From: an uncultured Pseudomonadota bacterium | Lineage (GTDB): Bacteria; Pseudomonadota; Alphaproteobacteria; JACZXZ01 | Direction: 5' to 3' | Length of the DNA stretch: 64,000 bases | Assembly: GCA_963749075.1 (NCBI GenBank) | Contig: CAVVLJ010000016.1 | Span: 992,001-1,056,000, forward strand | Part shown: positions 48,234-58,858 of the stretch, one piece after another | How positions within the stretch are numbered: the stretch's first letter is position 1 | How the letters are laid out: every line of letters starts with the position of its first letter | The notes under the pieces: generated by a model | What the model was told of the DNA's origin: nothing | The model's input: the letters and a program-made list of their open reading frames with translations, nothing else | Database searches by the model: none | Made by a program: the position numbers and the translations under genes

Positions 48234-49108
48234 CGTGCCGGCTCCCCGCTCGAGCCGGTGATGCGGCCCAAGCCCATGAGGCTCGTGAAGGCCACGAAGA
48301 TGAGGCCCACCACGACGAGAAGGAGGATGCCGAGCGTCGCCGCGAAGCCCCAGTTGAGGAGGGTGTTGATCATCATGTCGATCATGATCGCAAGGGTGAT
48401 CTCGCCCGGGCCGCCGAGGAGGGCGGGCGTCACGTAGAAGCCGATCGCCAGGAGGAAGACGAGCACGCATCCCGCCGCGACGCCCGGCAGGCTCAAGGGG
48501 AGGAAGACGTGGAGGAAGGCGCGGGCGGGCGAGGCGCCCAGGCTGCGCGCCACGCGCACCACGCTCAAATCGATGCGCGACATGACGCCGTAGAGCGGGA
48601 AGATCATGAAGGGCAGCAGCACGTGCACCATGCCGACCTGCACGCCGATCATGTTGAAGAGGAGCTTCACCGGATGGGCGAAGAGGCCGAGCGCCACCGC
48701 CGCCCGGTTCACGAGGCCGTTGTTGCCGAGGATGACGATCCAGGCGAAGGTGCGCACCAGGATGCTGGTCCAGAACGGCACCAGCACGAGGACCATGAGG
48801 ATGCGCCGCGCCCGCGCCGAAGTGGTCGTCATGACGTAGGCGAGCGGATAGCCCAGGAGGAGCGAGATCGCCGTCACCAGCACGCTGATCTCGAGCGTGT
48901 TCTTGAGGGCGCGGAAGTAGGTCGGCTCGGCGAAGAGCTCGCGGTAGAACTTGAGCGTGAAGCCGGGGTCGAAGAAGCTCCAGGCGCCGAGCCGCGAGAG
49001 CGGATAAAGATAGACCGCGGCATAGAAGGCGAGCGCCGGGAGGACGAGCATGCCCTCCCGGGAGCGCCAGAAGCGCCTCTCCGCCGCCGCAGGGCCAGAC
49101 GGCGCCAT
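48230..49108 (-). CDS. ABC transporter permease, PotB-like
   Basis: LLGYPLAY, PFWTSILVRTFAW, GFYVTPALLGG motifs. Confidence 0.93.
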   Translation of the reverse strand: MAPSGPAAAERRFWRSREGMLVLPALAFYAAVYLYPLSRLGAWSFFDPGFTLKFYRELFAEPTYFRALKNTLEISVLVTAISLLLGYPLAYVMTTTSARARRILMVLVLVPFWTSILVRTFAWIVILGNNGLVNRAAVALGLFAHPVKLLFNMIGVQVGMVHVLLPFMIFPLYGVMSRIDLSVVRVARSLGASPARAFLHVFLPLSLPGVAAGCVLVFLLAIGFYVTPALLGGPGEITLAIMIDMMINTLLNWGFAATLGILLLVVVGLIFVAFTSLMGLGRITGSSGEPAR

Positions 49109-49152
49109 CGCTCAGCCCTGGCACCGCCGGCGGCGGCGAGGGCTTATGACCC

Positions 49153-50245
49153 TCACCCGTTCACCATCCATTTGGCGAAGCGCTCGGCCTGGGCCTCGCG
49201 CGGGGTCTTGCCGTCGGGCCCCGGCGCCGCCCACCACTCCACGTTCTGCCAGAACTGGTGCTTGATGTTCTCGGGCGAGGTGTTGAGGTCTTGCGCCTCC
49301 TCCGCCGAGAGGAACTCGAAGGCGCCGCCGTTGCTCGGGCCGTAGGGCACGCGCTTGGCGATCGCCGCCTGGGCCTTGGCGTCGACGGCGCAGTCGATGA
49401 ACGCCATGGCCGCCCTCTTGTCGCGCACGCCCTTGACGAGGCACCAGTTGTCCGAGGCGAGCTTGCCCTGGTTGTACTCGACGTTCGACGGGAGCGCCGC
49501 TGTGCTTGGCGGTAATCCCGCGCGGGCCGATGGTGCAGCCGACGGCCGCCTCGCCGGCGCTGATGAGCTGGATGGCCTCGGCGTGGGAGGTGTACCATTT
49601 GCCGACGAGCGGGCGGAGCTTGTCGAACATCTTCCAGGCGCGCTCCACGTCGAGCGGATAGAGCTTGTCGACCGGCACGCCGTCGGCCAAGAGCGCCACC
49701 TCGAGCTGGGGCTGGATGCCGCCCTGGAAATTGAAGGTGCGCGAGCCCGGGAAGCCCTTGCCGTCCCATACCTCGGCCCAGTCGCGCGGATGCTTGGCCT
49801 TGGGCAGCTCCTTCGTGTTGTAGACGATGTTGAAGGAGTAGATGCGCTGGCCGAGCGCGTGGCTGCGCTGCAGCTCCTTCGGGATATGCGCGAGCTTCTC
49901 CTTGCCGATCCCTGAGTAGTCGAGTGGCTCGAGGAGATTGTCCTTCATCAGCGTCAGCACGGCGGGAATGTCGGTCAAGATGACGTCCCAGCTCACGTTG
50001 CCGCTCTGCACCATCGCCTTGACCTTGGCGGTCTCGGGAGGCGCATCGAGCTTGACCGTGAATCCCGTGGCCTTCTCGAAGGCGGGAAACGCCGCCTCGC
50101 GCAGGGCCTGATCGTATTCGCCGCCCCAGCTCACGACGACCAGCTCGCCCTTGTCGGCGCGCGCCGGCCGTATGTGGAAGAACGGGCCCGCAGCCGCCAA
50201 TGCCGCAGCGCCGCCCGTAACCTTGACGAAATCCCGTCTTTTCAT
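49153..50245 (-). CDS. ABC substrate-binding protein (PotD-like, Tat signal), split by a +1 frameshift at 49484-49485
   Basis: MKRRDFVK twin-arginine signal, VVSWGG, LLADGV...LYPLDVERA; deleting one base joins it to YNQGKLASDNW...FAKWMVNG. Confidence 0.9.
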
Positions 50246-50302
50246 TGTCTTGCTCCCTTTCCCGGCGTTGTCCCCGTTGCACGATGGAGTTGTTGTGCAG
50301 GC

Positions 50303-51412
50303 TCAGGCCCGCAGGACGCGCGCGTCCTCGGGGTCGAGAACGACGCGCACCTCTTCGCCTTGGCGCACCCGGCAGGCGGCTCGATTGTTCTGGACCTTGA
50401 GGGTGAGCTGCAGCCCGGCCTCGGTCTCGATACGGTAGCGCGTGAAGTCGCCCACGTAAACGAGCTCCCGCACGCGGCCGGGAATGCCGCTCCCGGGCTC
50501 GGCCGCGGGGAGAAGCGAGAGCTTCTCCGGCCTCACCACGAGCAGGCCCGGCTCGCCCGCCGCCACGTCCGAGCGCGCGAGCGACACGGGCAGCCGCCCG
50601 CCGCGGGCGGCCAGGAACCAGCCGTGGCGCTGACCGTCGGCCGCCGCGAGCCGCCCCTCGATCACGTTCAATTCCCCGATGAACTCGGCAACGAAGCGGT
50701 TGACCGGGCGCTCGTAGAGCTCCTCGGCGCGCCCGAGCTGCTCGATGGTACCGCGGTTCATGAGCGCCACGCGATCGGACATGGTGAGCGCCTCCTCCTG
50801 GTCGTGGGTGACGTAGAGGATGGTGATGCCGAGCTCGGCGTGGAGGCGCTTCAGCTCGAACTGCATCTGCTCGCGTAAATGCTTGTCGAGGGCACCGAGC
50901 GGCTCGTCCATCAGGAGGAGGTCGGGGTCGAAGACGAGGGAGCGCGCGAAGGCCACGCGCTGCTGCTGGCCGCCGGAGAGCTGACGGGGGAGGCGTGCGC
51001 CCAATTCGCCAAGGCGGACGAGCTGGAGCGCCGTGGCGACGCGCTCGGCGATCAGCGTGCGGGAGAGGCGCCGCATCTTGAGGGGGAACGCCACGTTGTC
51101 GAAGACGCTCATATGGGGGAAGAGCGCATAGTTCTGGAACACCACGCCGATGTTCCGCCGCTCGGGCGCCAGTGCCGCGATGGGCCTGTCGTTGAGGAAG
51201 ATGGCGCCGCTCGAGGGTGCCGTGAAGCCCGCCACCATCATGAGCGTGGTCGTCTTGCCCGAGCCGCTCGGCCCGAGCAGCGTCACGAACTCGCCCGCGG
51301 CCACGTCGAGATCGAGGGCATTCACGGCGAGGAAATTGGCGTAGTGCTTCGTCAGCTTCTCGAGAACGAGCCGCCGGCCCCTGGATTCTCGCGCCACCTC
51401 GCCACTCCGCAT
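50303..51412 (-). CDS. ABC transporter ATP-binding protein, PotA-like
   Basis: [37 protein letters not shown]; TOBE-like tail. Confidence 0.95.
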   Translation of the reverse strand: MRSGEVARESRGRRLVLEKLTKHYANFLAVNALDLDVAAGEFVTLLGPSGSGKTTTLMMVAGFTAPSSGAIFLNDRPIAALAPERRNIGVVFQNYALFPHMSVFDNVAFPLKMRRLSRTLIAERVATALQLVRLGELGARLPRQLSGGQQQRVAFARSLVFDPDLLLMDEPLGALDKHLREQMQFELKRLHAELGITILYVTHDQEEALTMSDRVALMNRGTIEQLGRAEELYERPVNRFVAEFIGELNVIEGRLAAADGQRHGWFLAARGGRLPVSLARSDVAAGEPGLLVVRPEKLSLLPAAEPGSGIPGRVRELVYVGDFTRYRIETEAGLQLTLKVQNNRAACRVRQGEEVRVVLDPEDARVLRA

Positions 51413-51552
51413 CCGGCCATTCGCCTAGTCATAGCACAGCGCCCCACGGCGCGGGCCGGCAAAATCGGCAGCGAAATCGGGCGCTGGCGCCGGGTGCTTG
51501 CGCCGTGCTCCAATGGTTTTTGTCGTCATGCAACAGGAGATGAGTAGGCCAC

Positions 51553-52239
51553 ATGACATTCTCGATTGCGGGTCTTTGTCCGAGAAGCGGCGAGTTCGGC
51601 TGTGCTTTGGCCACCTCGAGCATGGCCGCCGGCTTCCGCGCCGCCTTCGTCGGCCCCGATGTCGGCGTCGTGCTGTCCCAGGCGCGCTCCGATCCGCGGC
51701 TCGGCGTCCTCGGCCTCGAGCGTCTCAAGGCCGGCAGCACCGCCGCAGAGACGCTCGCCGACATGATCGCGTCCACGCCGCACGCGGAATGGCGCCAGCT
51801 CGCGGTGCTCGACCGGGAGGGCGGCACCGCGCACTTCACGGGTGCCCACTGCACGCTCGCCAAGGGAGGACGCGCGAGCAAGGGCGCGATCGCCGTCGGC
51901 AACGGACTTGCCAACGACGCGGTGGTGGGCGCCACGCTCGCGGGCTTCGAGGCGGCACCCGAGAAGCCGCTCGCCGAGCGCCTCGTCATGGCGCTCGAAG
52001 CCGGCCTCGCGGCCGGCGGCGAAGCCTATCCGCTGCGCTCCGCCGCGATCAAGGTGGCCCTGCCGAACGTCCCCTTTCCGCCGATCGACCTGCGGGTCGA
52101 TTTTTCCGAGACCCCCATCGCCGAGCTGAGCCGGCTATTGGCGCTGTGGAGGCCCATGGTCCAGGGTTACGTGCAGCGCTGCCTCGACCCGGAGAACTCG
52201 CTACCGGCCGCCGCGATCGAGGGGCATCCGGCGCGGTGA
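51553..52239 (+). CDS. DUF1028 family protein (Ntn-hydrolase-like)
   Basis: MTFSI start, RQLAVLD, GNGLA, AGGE, SAA, DLRVD motifs. Confidence 0.88.
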   Translation: MTFSIAGLCPRSGEFGCALATSSMAAGFRAAFVGPDVGVVLSQARSDPRLGVLGLERLKAGSTAAETLADMIASTPHAEWRQLAVLDREGGTAHFTGAHCTLAKGGRASKGAIAVGNGLANDAVVGATLAGFEAAPEKPLAERLVMALEAGLAAGGEAYPLRSAAIKVALPNVPFPPIDLRVDFSETPIAELSRLLALWRPMVQGYVQRCLDPENSLPAAAIEGHPAR

Positions 52240-52289
52240 GGTGCAGAAGGGGCCGGGCCCTCGAACTTGCGACATTGAAGCGCAGCATA

Positions 52290-52386
52290 CCCCCTCCCTA
52301 ACCTTCCCCCTCAAGGGGGGAGGGGAACTCTATGGAAAGGCGCCAAAATTCCCCCTCCCCCTTGAGGGGTGAGGGTGGGGAGGGGG
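52290..52386. repeat. REP-like family B inverted pair between convergent genes
   Basis: ccccctccctaaccttccccctcaagggggg-agggg (52290-52325) and inverted unit 52351-52386. Confidence 0.88.
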
Positions 52387-52413
52387 TGACGCACGCTTTA
52401 GCGGTGGTGAGCG

Positions 52414-53853
52414 CTACCGCATCACCGGGAGGCTTAGCGGCACGATCTCCTCGGCCTTGCGCCGCTTGTAGTCGCGCCGGGGCACGTCCCGCTCCATGCG
52501 CCGTTGCGCCTCGGCGAGCGCCTCCAAGGCAGCCGCGTGGTCGAGGGTGAGGACGCGGCCGTCCGCCACCACCTTGATGCCGTCCACGTACACGTCGCGG
52601 ACCGCACGGTCGGCCGCGGTGTAGACGAGCGAGCGCAACGGGTCGCGGGCCGGCATCATGTAGGGGTTCTTGAGGTCGACCAGCACGAGGTCGGCGCGCA
52701 TGCCCGGCGCCAGGCGCCCGAGGTCGCCGCGTCCGAGGGCCGCAGCACCGCCCACCGTCGCCGCGTGGAGGAGATCGCCGGTGCTCACCGCGGCAACGTC
52801 CTCGCCGGCAACGCGCGCGAGGATCGCAGCCAAGCGCATCTCCTCGATGAGGTTATGCGGCGCCACGTCGGTGCCGAGCCCGAGGTTGACGCCCGCGCGC
52901 CGGTAGCGGCCGAAATCCTCGAGCATCTGTCCATAGCGCGCGAAGGGCTGCGGGCAGTGGGCGACCGAGGTGCCGCTCTCGGCCAGGAGGCGCAGATCCT
53001 GGCGCGTGTGCCAGTGCAGCCAGGAATGCTCGTCGATGAAGATGGCGTGGCCCAAGAGGGTGCCCTCGCCGAGGATGCCGATCTCCTTGGCCCACTGGAT
53101 CGGCGTCTTGCCGTGGCGCTCTACCATCTCGTTGAACTCGTTGACGCTCTGGGCGCAATGGGTGGTGAAGGGGAGCTTGCGCTCTAGCGCCGCGTCATGG
53201 CTGTCGCGCAGGAGGTCGGCGCTGCACGTATCGATCTGCGCCGGCGACAGGATGCCCGAGAGGCGGCCGGAGGGATGACGCGCGATCTCGTCCAAGAGCT
53301 TCAAGGCCTCCGCGAAGCGGGTGCCGCCCGCCTCCTCGTCCCACTCGTATTTGAGCTCCCACTCGTTCTCGAGACGCCAGCGCGCCGAGGCGTAGGAGGG
53401 GGCGAGGAAGACCCGCAGCCCGCTCCGCGCTGCAAGCTCGAGCCAGCCAGGATAGATGCCCGAGAGATCGGCGACCGAAGTCACGCCGCCCGCCAGCATC
53501 TCGCAATAGGCGACCTCGGCACCGATGCGGCGCCCCTCCGCATCGGGCGAGAAGGCAAGCGAGCGCTCGTAGAGCCCCGACATGTACATCTGGGGCACGC
53601 CGTGCTCCTCGCGGATGCCGCGGTAGAAGGGCTCGCTGCTGGGATGGGAATGGACGTCGATGAGCCCCGGCATGACCAGGAGATCGCGGCCGTCGATCGT
53701 CTCGTCGGCAGCCCCGCTAAAGCCCTTGCCGACGAAGCTTACGGCATTGCCGGAGAAAACGAGGTCGGCGCCCTTGAGATAGCTCTGGCGGCCGCTCGCT
53801 CTGTCCCAGGCAATGATCCACTCGGCGTTCCTGATCCACGTGGTCCTCGGCAT
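52414..53853 (-). CDS. Metal-dependent amidohydrolase (AtzA/TrzN/SsnA-like deaminase-chlorohydrolase group)
   Basis: MPGLIDVHSH, HCAQS, GHAIF, AHCP, LGTD, ADLVLVD motifs. Confidence 0.9.
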   Translation of the reverse strand: MPRTTWIRNAEWIIAWDRASGRQSYLKGADLVFSGNAVSFVGKGFSGAADETIDGRDLLVMPGLIDVHSHPSSEPFYRGIREEHGVPQMYMSGLYERSLAFSPDAEGRRIGAEVAYCEMLAGGVTSVADLSGIYPGWLELAARSGLRVFLAPSYASARWRLENEWELKYEWDEEAGGTRFAEALKLLDEIARHPSGRLSGILSPAQIDTCSADLLRDSHDAALERKLPFTTHCAQSVNEFNEMVERHGKTPIQWAKEIGILGEGTLLGHAIFIDEHSWLHWHTRQDLRLLAESGTSVAHCPQPFARYGQMLEDFGRYRRAGVNLGLGTDVAPHNLIEEMRLAAILARVAGEDVAAVSTGDLLHAATVGGAAALGRGDLGRLAPGMRADLVLVDLKNPYMMPARDPLRSLVYTAADRAVRDVYVDGIKVVADGRVLTLDHAAALEALAEAQRRMERDVPRRDYKRRKAEEIVPLSLPVMR

Positions 53854-54032
53854 CTTCATCTCCAGCGGCGCCCGCACGGTCTCGTTTCAAGGTTGAAAGT
53901 TTCGTGTTATGGACATGACCGGCCGGACCCCGCCTTGTCAATCGCGTGCCTGTCGCCGCTTCGGCGGCCTTGCGGCGAGGCGCTGTTCGGCCAACATGAG
54001 AGTCCGGTTGCGGCCAGATGGCGGAGGATGTC

Positions 54033-54584
54033 ATGGCGAGCTCGACTGCGGTCTGCGATTTCGGCTGGAAGGCCCTCGATTTCTCCCTCGAAGGGGTGGA
54101 CGGCAAGCGCTACGGGCTCGCGGACGTCCGCGGGCCCAAGGGCACCCTCGTCATGTTCATCTGCAACCATTGCCCCTATGTGAAGGCGGCGATCGACCGC
54201 ATCGTCGAGGATGCGGCGGCGTTGCAGAAGCTCGGCATCGGGACGATCGCCATCATGCCCAACGACGCCCGCAGCTATCCGGAGGACTCGCTGCCCAATA
54301 TGAAGGCCTTCGCGGCGCAGCATCATTTCGGCTTCCCTTACGTGATCGACGAGAGCCAGGAGACCGCACGCGCCTATGACGCCGTGTGCACGCCCGAGTT
54401 CTTCGGCTTCAATGCGGGCCTCGAGCTCCAGTACCGCGGCCGGCTCGATGCCGGCAAAACCACGGCGCCGCCACCCGGCGCCAAGCGCGAGCTCCTCGAC
54501 GCCATGGCCGAGATCGCGGCGAGCGGCCGCGGCCCGCGCGAGCAGGTCTCCAGCATGGGCTGCTCGATCAAATGGCGCTACTGA
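54033..54584 (+). CDS. Thioredoxin family (AhpC/TSA-like) protein
   Basis: FICNHCPYV, CTPEF, YRGRLD, GCSIKW motifs. Confidence 0.92.
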   Translation: MASSTAVCDFGWKALDFSLEGVDGKRYGLADVRGPKGTLVMFICNHCPYVKAAIDRIVEDAAALQKLGIGTIAIMPNDARSYPEDSLPNMKAFAAQHHFGFPYVIDESQETARAYDAVCTPEFFGFNAGLELQYRGRLDAGKTTAPPPGAKRELLDAMAEIAASGRGPREQVSSMGCSIKWRY

Positions 54585-54728
54585 GCGCCCCCCGCCGGCC
54601 CTCCACTGGATGAGCTAAGATATTGCAGGGTCAGGATAAATTCCCTCATCCTCGAGATTTCCCAATGGCTGCGGGGCGACGGCGGGAGGGTCCTGCGGCA
54701 GGCCTCTGGGCCCCGGCGCAGCGCGGGT

Positions 54729-54757
54729 TTGCCAAGGCCGGGGGTGGCCGCTATTGT
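54729..54757 (+). promoter_or_regulatory. Putative sigma70 promoter of yfgM-bamB-der
   Basis: TTGCCA-N17-TATTGT. Confidence 0.55.
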
Positions 54758-54944
54758 ACCGGCCCTCGACCGCGCCGATGAACCCGAGTGAGCCACCACC
54801 CCACAAGAAGATGCAGAGGGAGGCGGGCTCGGCGGGCGAGGCTCGCCCTTCCGCGATGCCAGGGAGCGGCGCGCGCGCCGCGCCGAGCGGGCGAGTGGCG
54901 GCCAGCTCGGAAGAGCGGCCGGTAGGAGTTGGCTGGAGGGTTTG

Positions 54945-55589
54945 GTGAGCGACCTGTTCCGCGAGATCGAAGAAGATCTCCAACGCGACCGCTATAAGAA
55001 GCTGTGGGCCAAGTACGGTCATCTGGTGATCGTCGCGGCCTTGGGCCTTGTCGTGGGCACGGCCGGCTGGCAGGGCTGGAAGGCCTATAAGTCGCGCCGC
55101 GACCAGGCGCTCGGCGCGCGCTATGCCGAGGCGGTGAAGCTCGCCGAGAGCGGCAAAGGTGCCGAAGCCGAGGCGGGTTTCGCCAAGCTCGCCGCCGACG
55201 CGGGTGCCGGCTATGAGGCCCTGTCGCGCCTGCAGGAGGCGGGCCTTCTCGCCAAGTCGGGGAAGCAGCAGGAGGCGATCGCCCTCTACGACAAGCTGGC
55301 CGAGGACGGCTCGCTGCCGCAACCCTATCGCGATCTTGCGACCTACCTCTCCGTGCTGCACGCGAGCGACAGCGGCGATCCGGCGGCGCTGATCAAGCGC
55401 CTCGAGCCGCTGACCGACGGCGCCAGCCAATGGCGCTTCAGCGCGCTCGAGCTCACCGCCCTGCTCGCCGCGCGCATGGGCGACAAGGCACGGGCCGAGC
55501 AGCTCTATGCCCGGCTTTCCGACGACGCCACGGCACCGCCCGGCGTGCGCGCGCGCGCCGCCGAGATGCTGGCCGCGCTCAAAGGATAG
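54945..55589 (+). CDS. YfgM-like membrane-anchored TPR protein
   Basis: DLFREIEEDLQRDR...W, single TM helix, TPR-like helices; yfgM-bamB-der synteny. Confidence 0.88.
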   Translation: MSDLFREIEEDLQRDRYKKLWAKYGHLVIVAALGLVVGTAGWQGWKAYKSRRDQALGARYAEAVKLAESGKGAEAEAGFAKLAADAGAGYEALSRLQEAGLLAKSGKQQEAIALYDKLAEDGSLPQPYRDLATYLSVLHASDSGDPAALIKRLEPLTDGASQWRFSALELTALLAARMGDKARAEQLYARLSDDATAPPGVRARAAEMLAALKG

Positions 55590-55600
55590 GGTGCCGCCCC

Positions 55601-56938
55601 GTGCGCCGCATCGCGACCCTGCTCTCCCTCTTAGCCTTCCTCTTCACCGCCACCGGCTGCGACATGGTGAAGGACTGGTTCGGCGGCGAGAAGAAAGTCC
55701 GGCTCAAGGGCGAGCGCGTGCCGGTCATGCTGGGCGACCAGGAGCTCAAGCCCGATCCCGACATTCAGGATCTCAAGATCACCCTGCCGGCCCCGCAGAC
55801 GAACCCCGACTGGCCGGTGTCGGGCGGCAATGCGGCGCATGATTTGCAGAACGTCGCACTCAGCGATACGGCCAAGGAGATCTGGAGCGTCAGCATCGGC
55901 TCCGGCAAGAGCCCCGAATGGAAGCACCTCGCGGCACCGGTCATGGCGGGCGGCCGCATCTACGCGATGGACACGGAAGGGAGCGTCTCGTCGTTGAACG
56001 CCGACACCGGCGCCCAGGTGTGGCAGGCCGACGTGACGGCGGAGGGCGACGACGTGGGTCATGGCGACGTGGGCGGCGGCCTCGCCTTTGCGGACGGCCG
56101 GCTCTACGTCACCAACAATTACGGCGAGGCCCTCGCGCTCGACGCGACGAACGGCAAGATCCTGTGGCGCCGCTCGCTCGGCGGCCCGACGCGCGCCGCA
56201 CCGGCGGTCGGCGGCGGACGCGTCTTCGTGGTCACCGCGGACAACCAGCTGCACACGCTCAATGCCACGGACGGCACGGTCGAGTGGACCCATGCGGGCC
56301 TCAACGAGGTCACCGGCCTGCTCGGCGCCGCCAGCCCCGCCTTTGACGGCAGCGTCGTGGTGGTGCCCTATACCTCGGGCGAGATCTACGGCCTCAGGCC
56401 CGACAACGGACGCGTGCTGTGGTCCGACACGCTTGCCGCGATCCGGCCCTCCGATACGGTCTCCAGCCTCGCCGACATCCGTGCCGATCCGGTGATCGAC
56501 CGCGACCGCATGATCGCCATCGGGCACAGCGGGCGCATGGAGGCGATCGACCTGCGCTCGGGCGGCCGCGTGTGGGACGATCCCGTCGGCGGCATCACCA
56601 TGCCCTGGGTCGCGGGCAATTTCGTCTTCGTGATATCGACCGACAACGTGCTGGCCTGTCTCACGCGCGACGAGGGGCGGGTGCGCTGGCTGACCCAGCT
56701 CGACCGCTTTCAGAACGTCGTGAAGAAGACGGACCTCATCCTCTGGGTCGGGCCGGTGCTGGTCGGCGACCGCCTCATCATCGCGAGCAACGACGGCCGG
56801 CTGCTTTCCATCTCGCCCATGGACGGCGAGGTCATGAACGTCATCGGCGTGGGCGATCCCGTGTCGGTGCCGCCGATCGTCGCCAACGGCACGCTCTATG
56901 TTCTGACCGATGCCGGGGACCTCAAGGCCTTTCGCTAG
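55601..56938 (+). CDS. bamB: PQQ-like beta-propeller lipoprotein (BamB-like)
   Basis: Lipoprotein signal ending TATG-C; repeated ALD-x2-TG-x3-W blades; synteny. Confidence 0.85.
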   Translation: MRRIATLLSLLAFLFTATGCDMVKDWFGGEKKVRLKGERVPVMLGDQELKPDPDIQDLKITLPAPQTNPDWPVSGGNAAHDLQNVALSDTAKEIWSVSIGSGKSPEWKHLAAPVMAGGRIYAMDTEGSVSSLNADTGAQVWQADVTAEGDDVGHGDVGGGLAFADGRLYVTNNYGEALALDATNGKILWRRSLGGPTRAAPAVGGGRVFVVTADNQLHTLNATDGTVEWTHAGLNEVTGLLGAASPAFDGSVVVVPYTSGEIYGLRPDNGRVLWSDTLAAIRPSDTVSSLADIRADPVIDRDRMIAIGHSGRMEAIDLRSGGRVWDDPVGGITMPWVAGNFVFVISTDNVLACLTRDEGRVRWLTQLDRFQNVVKKTDLILWVGPVLVGDRLIIASNDGRLLSISPMDGEVMNVIGVGDPVSVPPIVANGTLYVLTDAGDLKAFR

Positions 56939-56947
56939 GGCCGGGCT

Positions 56948-58315
56948 ATGGGCTTCACCGTGGCCATCGTCGGCCGGCCCAATGTGGGCAAGTCGACGCT
57001 CTTCAACCGCTTGGCCGGCCGCCGGCTCGCTATCGTCGACGATATCGCCGGCGTGACGCGCGACCGCCGCGAGGCGCGCGCGCGCGCGGGCGGGCTCGAC
57101 TTCACGGTGGTCGACACCGCCGGGCTCGAGGAGGCGCCTCGCGGCAGCCTCGCCGCGCGAATGCTGGGAGCGACCGAGCGCGCCGCCGCGGCGGCCCAAG
57201 TCGTGCTGCTGCTGGTCGATGCGCGGGCCGGCTTAACACCCCTCGACGGCCATTTCGCGCGCCGCCTGCGCCGGCTCAAGGTGCCGGTGATCCTCGTCGC
57301 CAACAAGTGCGAGGGCCGCATCGACGCGGCCGTCCTCGCCGAGTGCCATGGGCTGGGACTCGGCGAGCCCGTCGCGATCTCGGCCGAGCACGGCCTCGGC
57401 ATGGCCGAGCTCTTCGAGGCGCTGCGCCGCCATCTGCCCGCCGCCGCAATGGCGGAGGAGGGCGCCGAGCCGCCAGCTGAGCCCGAGGCCGCCCAAGCGG
57501 AGGAGCGTCCGCTCCAGCTCGCCATCCTCGGCCGGCCCAACGTCGGCAAATCGACGCTCGCCAACCGCCTCCTCGGCGAGGAGCGCCTCTTGACCGGGCC
57601 CGAGCCGGGAGTGACGCGCGACGCGATCCCGCTCGACTGGAGCTATGGCGGCCGCGCCATCCGCCTCGTCGATACGGCCGGCCTCAGGCGCCGCGGCAAG
57701 GCGGGCGGGAAGCTCGAGCAACTCTCCGCCGCGAGTGCCTTGAACGCGTTGCGCTTCGCCGAGGTCGTCATCCTCGTCGCCGATGCGGGCGATCCGCTCA
57801 ACCGCCAGGACCTGGCCCTGGCGAGCCGGGTGGTCGAGGAGGGCCGCGCCCTCGTCATCGCGGTGAACAAGTGCGACCTCGTGCGCGACAGCGCCAAGGT
57901 GCTGCGCGAGATGCGCGAGCGCATCGAGATCTCGCTCCACCAGGTGAAGGGCGTGGCCTTGGTCCCCATCTCGGCGCTCACGGGCAAAGGCCTCGCGCGA
58001 CTGATGCAGGCGGTCTTCCGCGCCCACGAGCTGTGGAACCGCCGCGTGCCCACCGCGCGCCTCAACCGCTTCCTCGCCGAGGTGCTGGCGGCCCACCCGC
58101 CGCCCATCGTCGGCGGCCGGCGCAGCAAGATCCGCTACATCACGCAGGCCAAGACGCGCCCGCCGAGCTTCGCCCTCTTCGGCAACAAGCTCGCGGATCT
58201 GCCCGAGAGCTATTTGCGCTACCTGGCCAACGCCATGCGCGAGGCCTTCGATCTCCCCGGCGTGCCCATCCGCCTCAGCCTGCGCCAGGGGACGAACCCC
58301 TACGAGCGGGAATAG
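56948..58315 (+). CDS. der: Ribosome biogenesis GTPase Der
   Basis: Two G domains ([12 protein letters not shown], NKxE/D) and KH-like tail. Confidence 0.97.
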   Translation: MGFTVAIVGRPNVGKSTLFNRLAGRRLAIVDDIAGVTRDRREARARAGGLDFTVVDTAGLEEAPRGSLAARMLGATERAAAAAQVVLLLVDARAGLTPLDGHFARRLRRLKVPVILVANKCEGRIDAAVLAECHGLGLGEPVAISAEHGLGMAELFEALRRHLPAAAMAEEGAEPPAEPEAAQAEERPLQLAILGRPNVGKSTLANRLLGEERLLTGPEPGVTRDAIPLDWSYGGRAIRLVDTAGLRRRGKAGGKLEQLSAASALNALRFAEVVILVADAGDPLNRQDLALASRVVEEGRALVIAVNKCDLVRDSAKVLREMRERIEISLHQVKGVALVPISALTGKGLARLMQAVFRAHELWNRRVPTARLNRFLAEVLAAHPPPIVGGRRSKIRYITQAKTRPPSFALFGNKLADLPESYLRYLANAMREAFDLPGVPIRLSLRQGTNPYERE

Positions 58316-58387
58316 CGCACTTCGCCGGCGCCTGCCGCGGCGGCGGGTCGGTTCACCCGTGCGCTTTCTGGCTTGGGCTTCCGGCCC

Positions 58388-58858
58388 TCACCTCGAGCAC
58401 TGCGAGACCTGCACCTCGCAATCCTTGCCGCCGCCTTCGACGCACTTGTTCTGGGCGTCCGCGCGCGCCTGGCCATCGCTATCGCCAAGGCCCCAAAAGG
58501 CGGTCCCGCCTTCGCCCGAGGCCACCGCGCCGCATTTGCGCTCGAACCACACCATCACTTCGCAATCGTCGCCGTGCTGCGCGCAGTTCTCCATGGCGAC
58601 GCTTTCCGCTTTCGCCTCGCTCTCCCAGCGATAGGAATAGCCCCAGGCCCCGCTCGTGCGGCCATAGGCGATGGCGCCATAGCTGGGTGGAGGGGGGGAT
58701 GGGGTCGTGCAGGAATAGTGCGTGTACTCGACGCATTGCCCCTGGTCATACCTGCTGCAAACAGTCGAGCATGGCACTTGAGCCCGCGCCGGCGCGCCGG
58801 CCGTCAATGCGAGCAAGACGCCAATCGTGATCGCGGCAATTCCTCTCGCCTGTCTCAT
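58388..58858 (-). CDS. Secreted Cys-rich DUF4189 domain protein
   Basis: Signal peptide ending ARA, 4-Cys N-terminal segment, poly-Pro linker, YGAIAY...CGAVA pattern. Confidence 0.82.
   Translation of the reverse strand: MRQARGIAAITIGVLLALTAGAPARAQVPCSTVCSRYDQGQCVEYTHYSCTTPSPPPPSYGAIAYGRTSGAWGYSYRWESEAKAESVAMENCAQHGDDCEVMVWFERKCGAVASGEGGTAFWGLGDSDGQARADAQNKCVEGGGKDCEVQVSQCSR

Noticed and set aside
54578-54799. Short minus-strand ORF in the A/T-richer spacer after the thioredoxin gene
   Set aside because: No recognisable motif, and it overlaps a likely promoter region.
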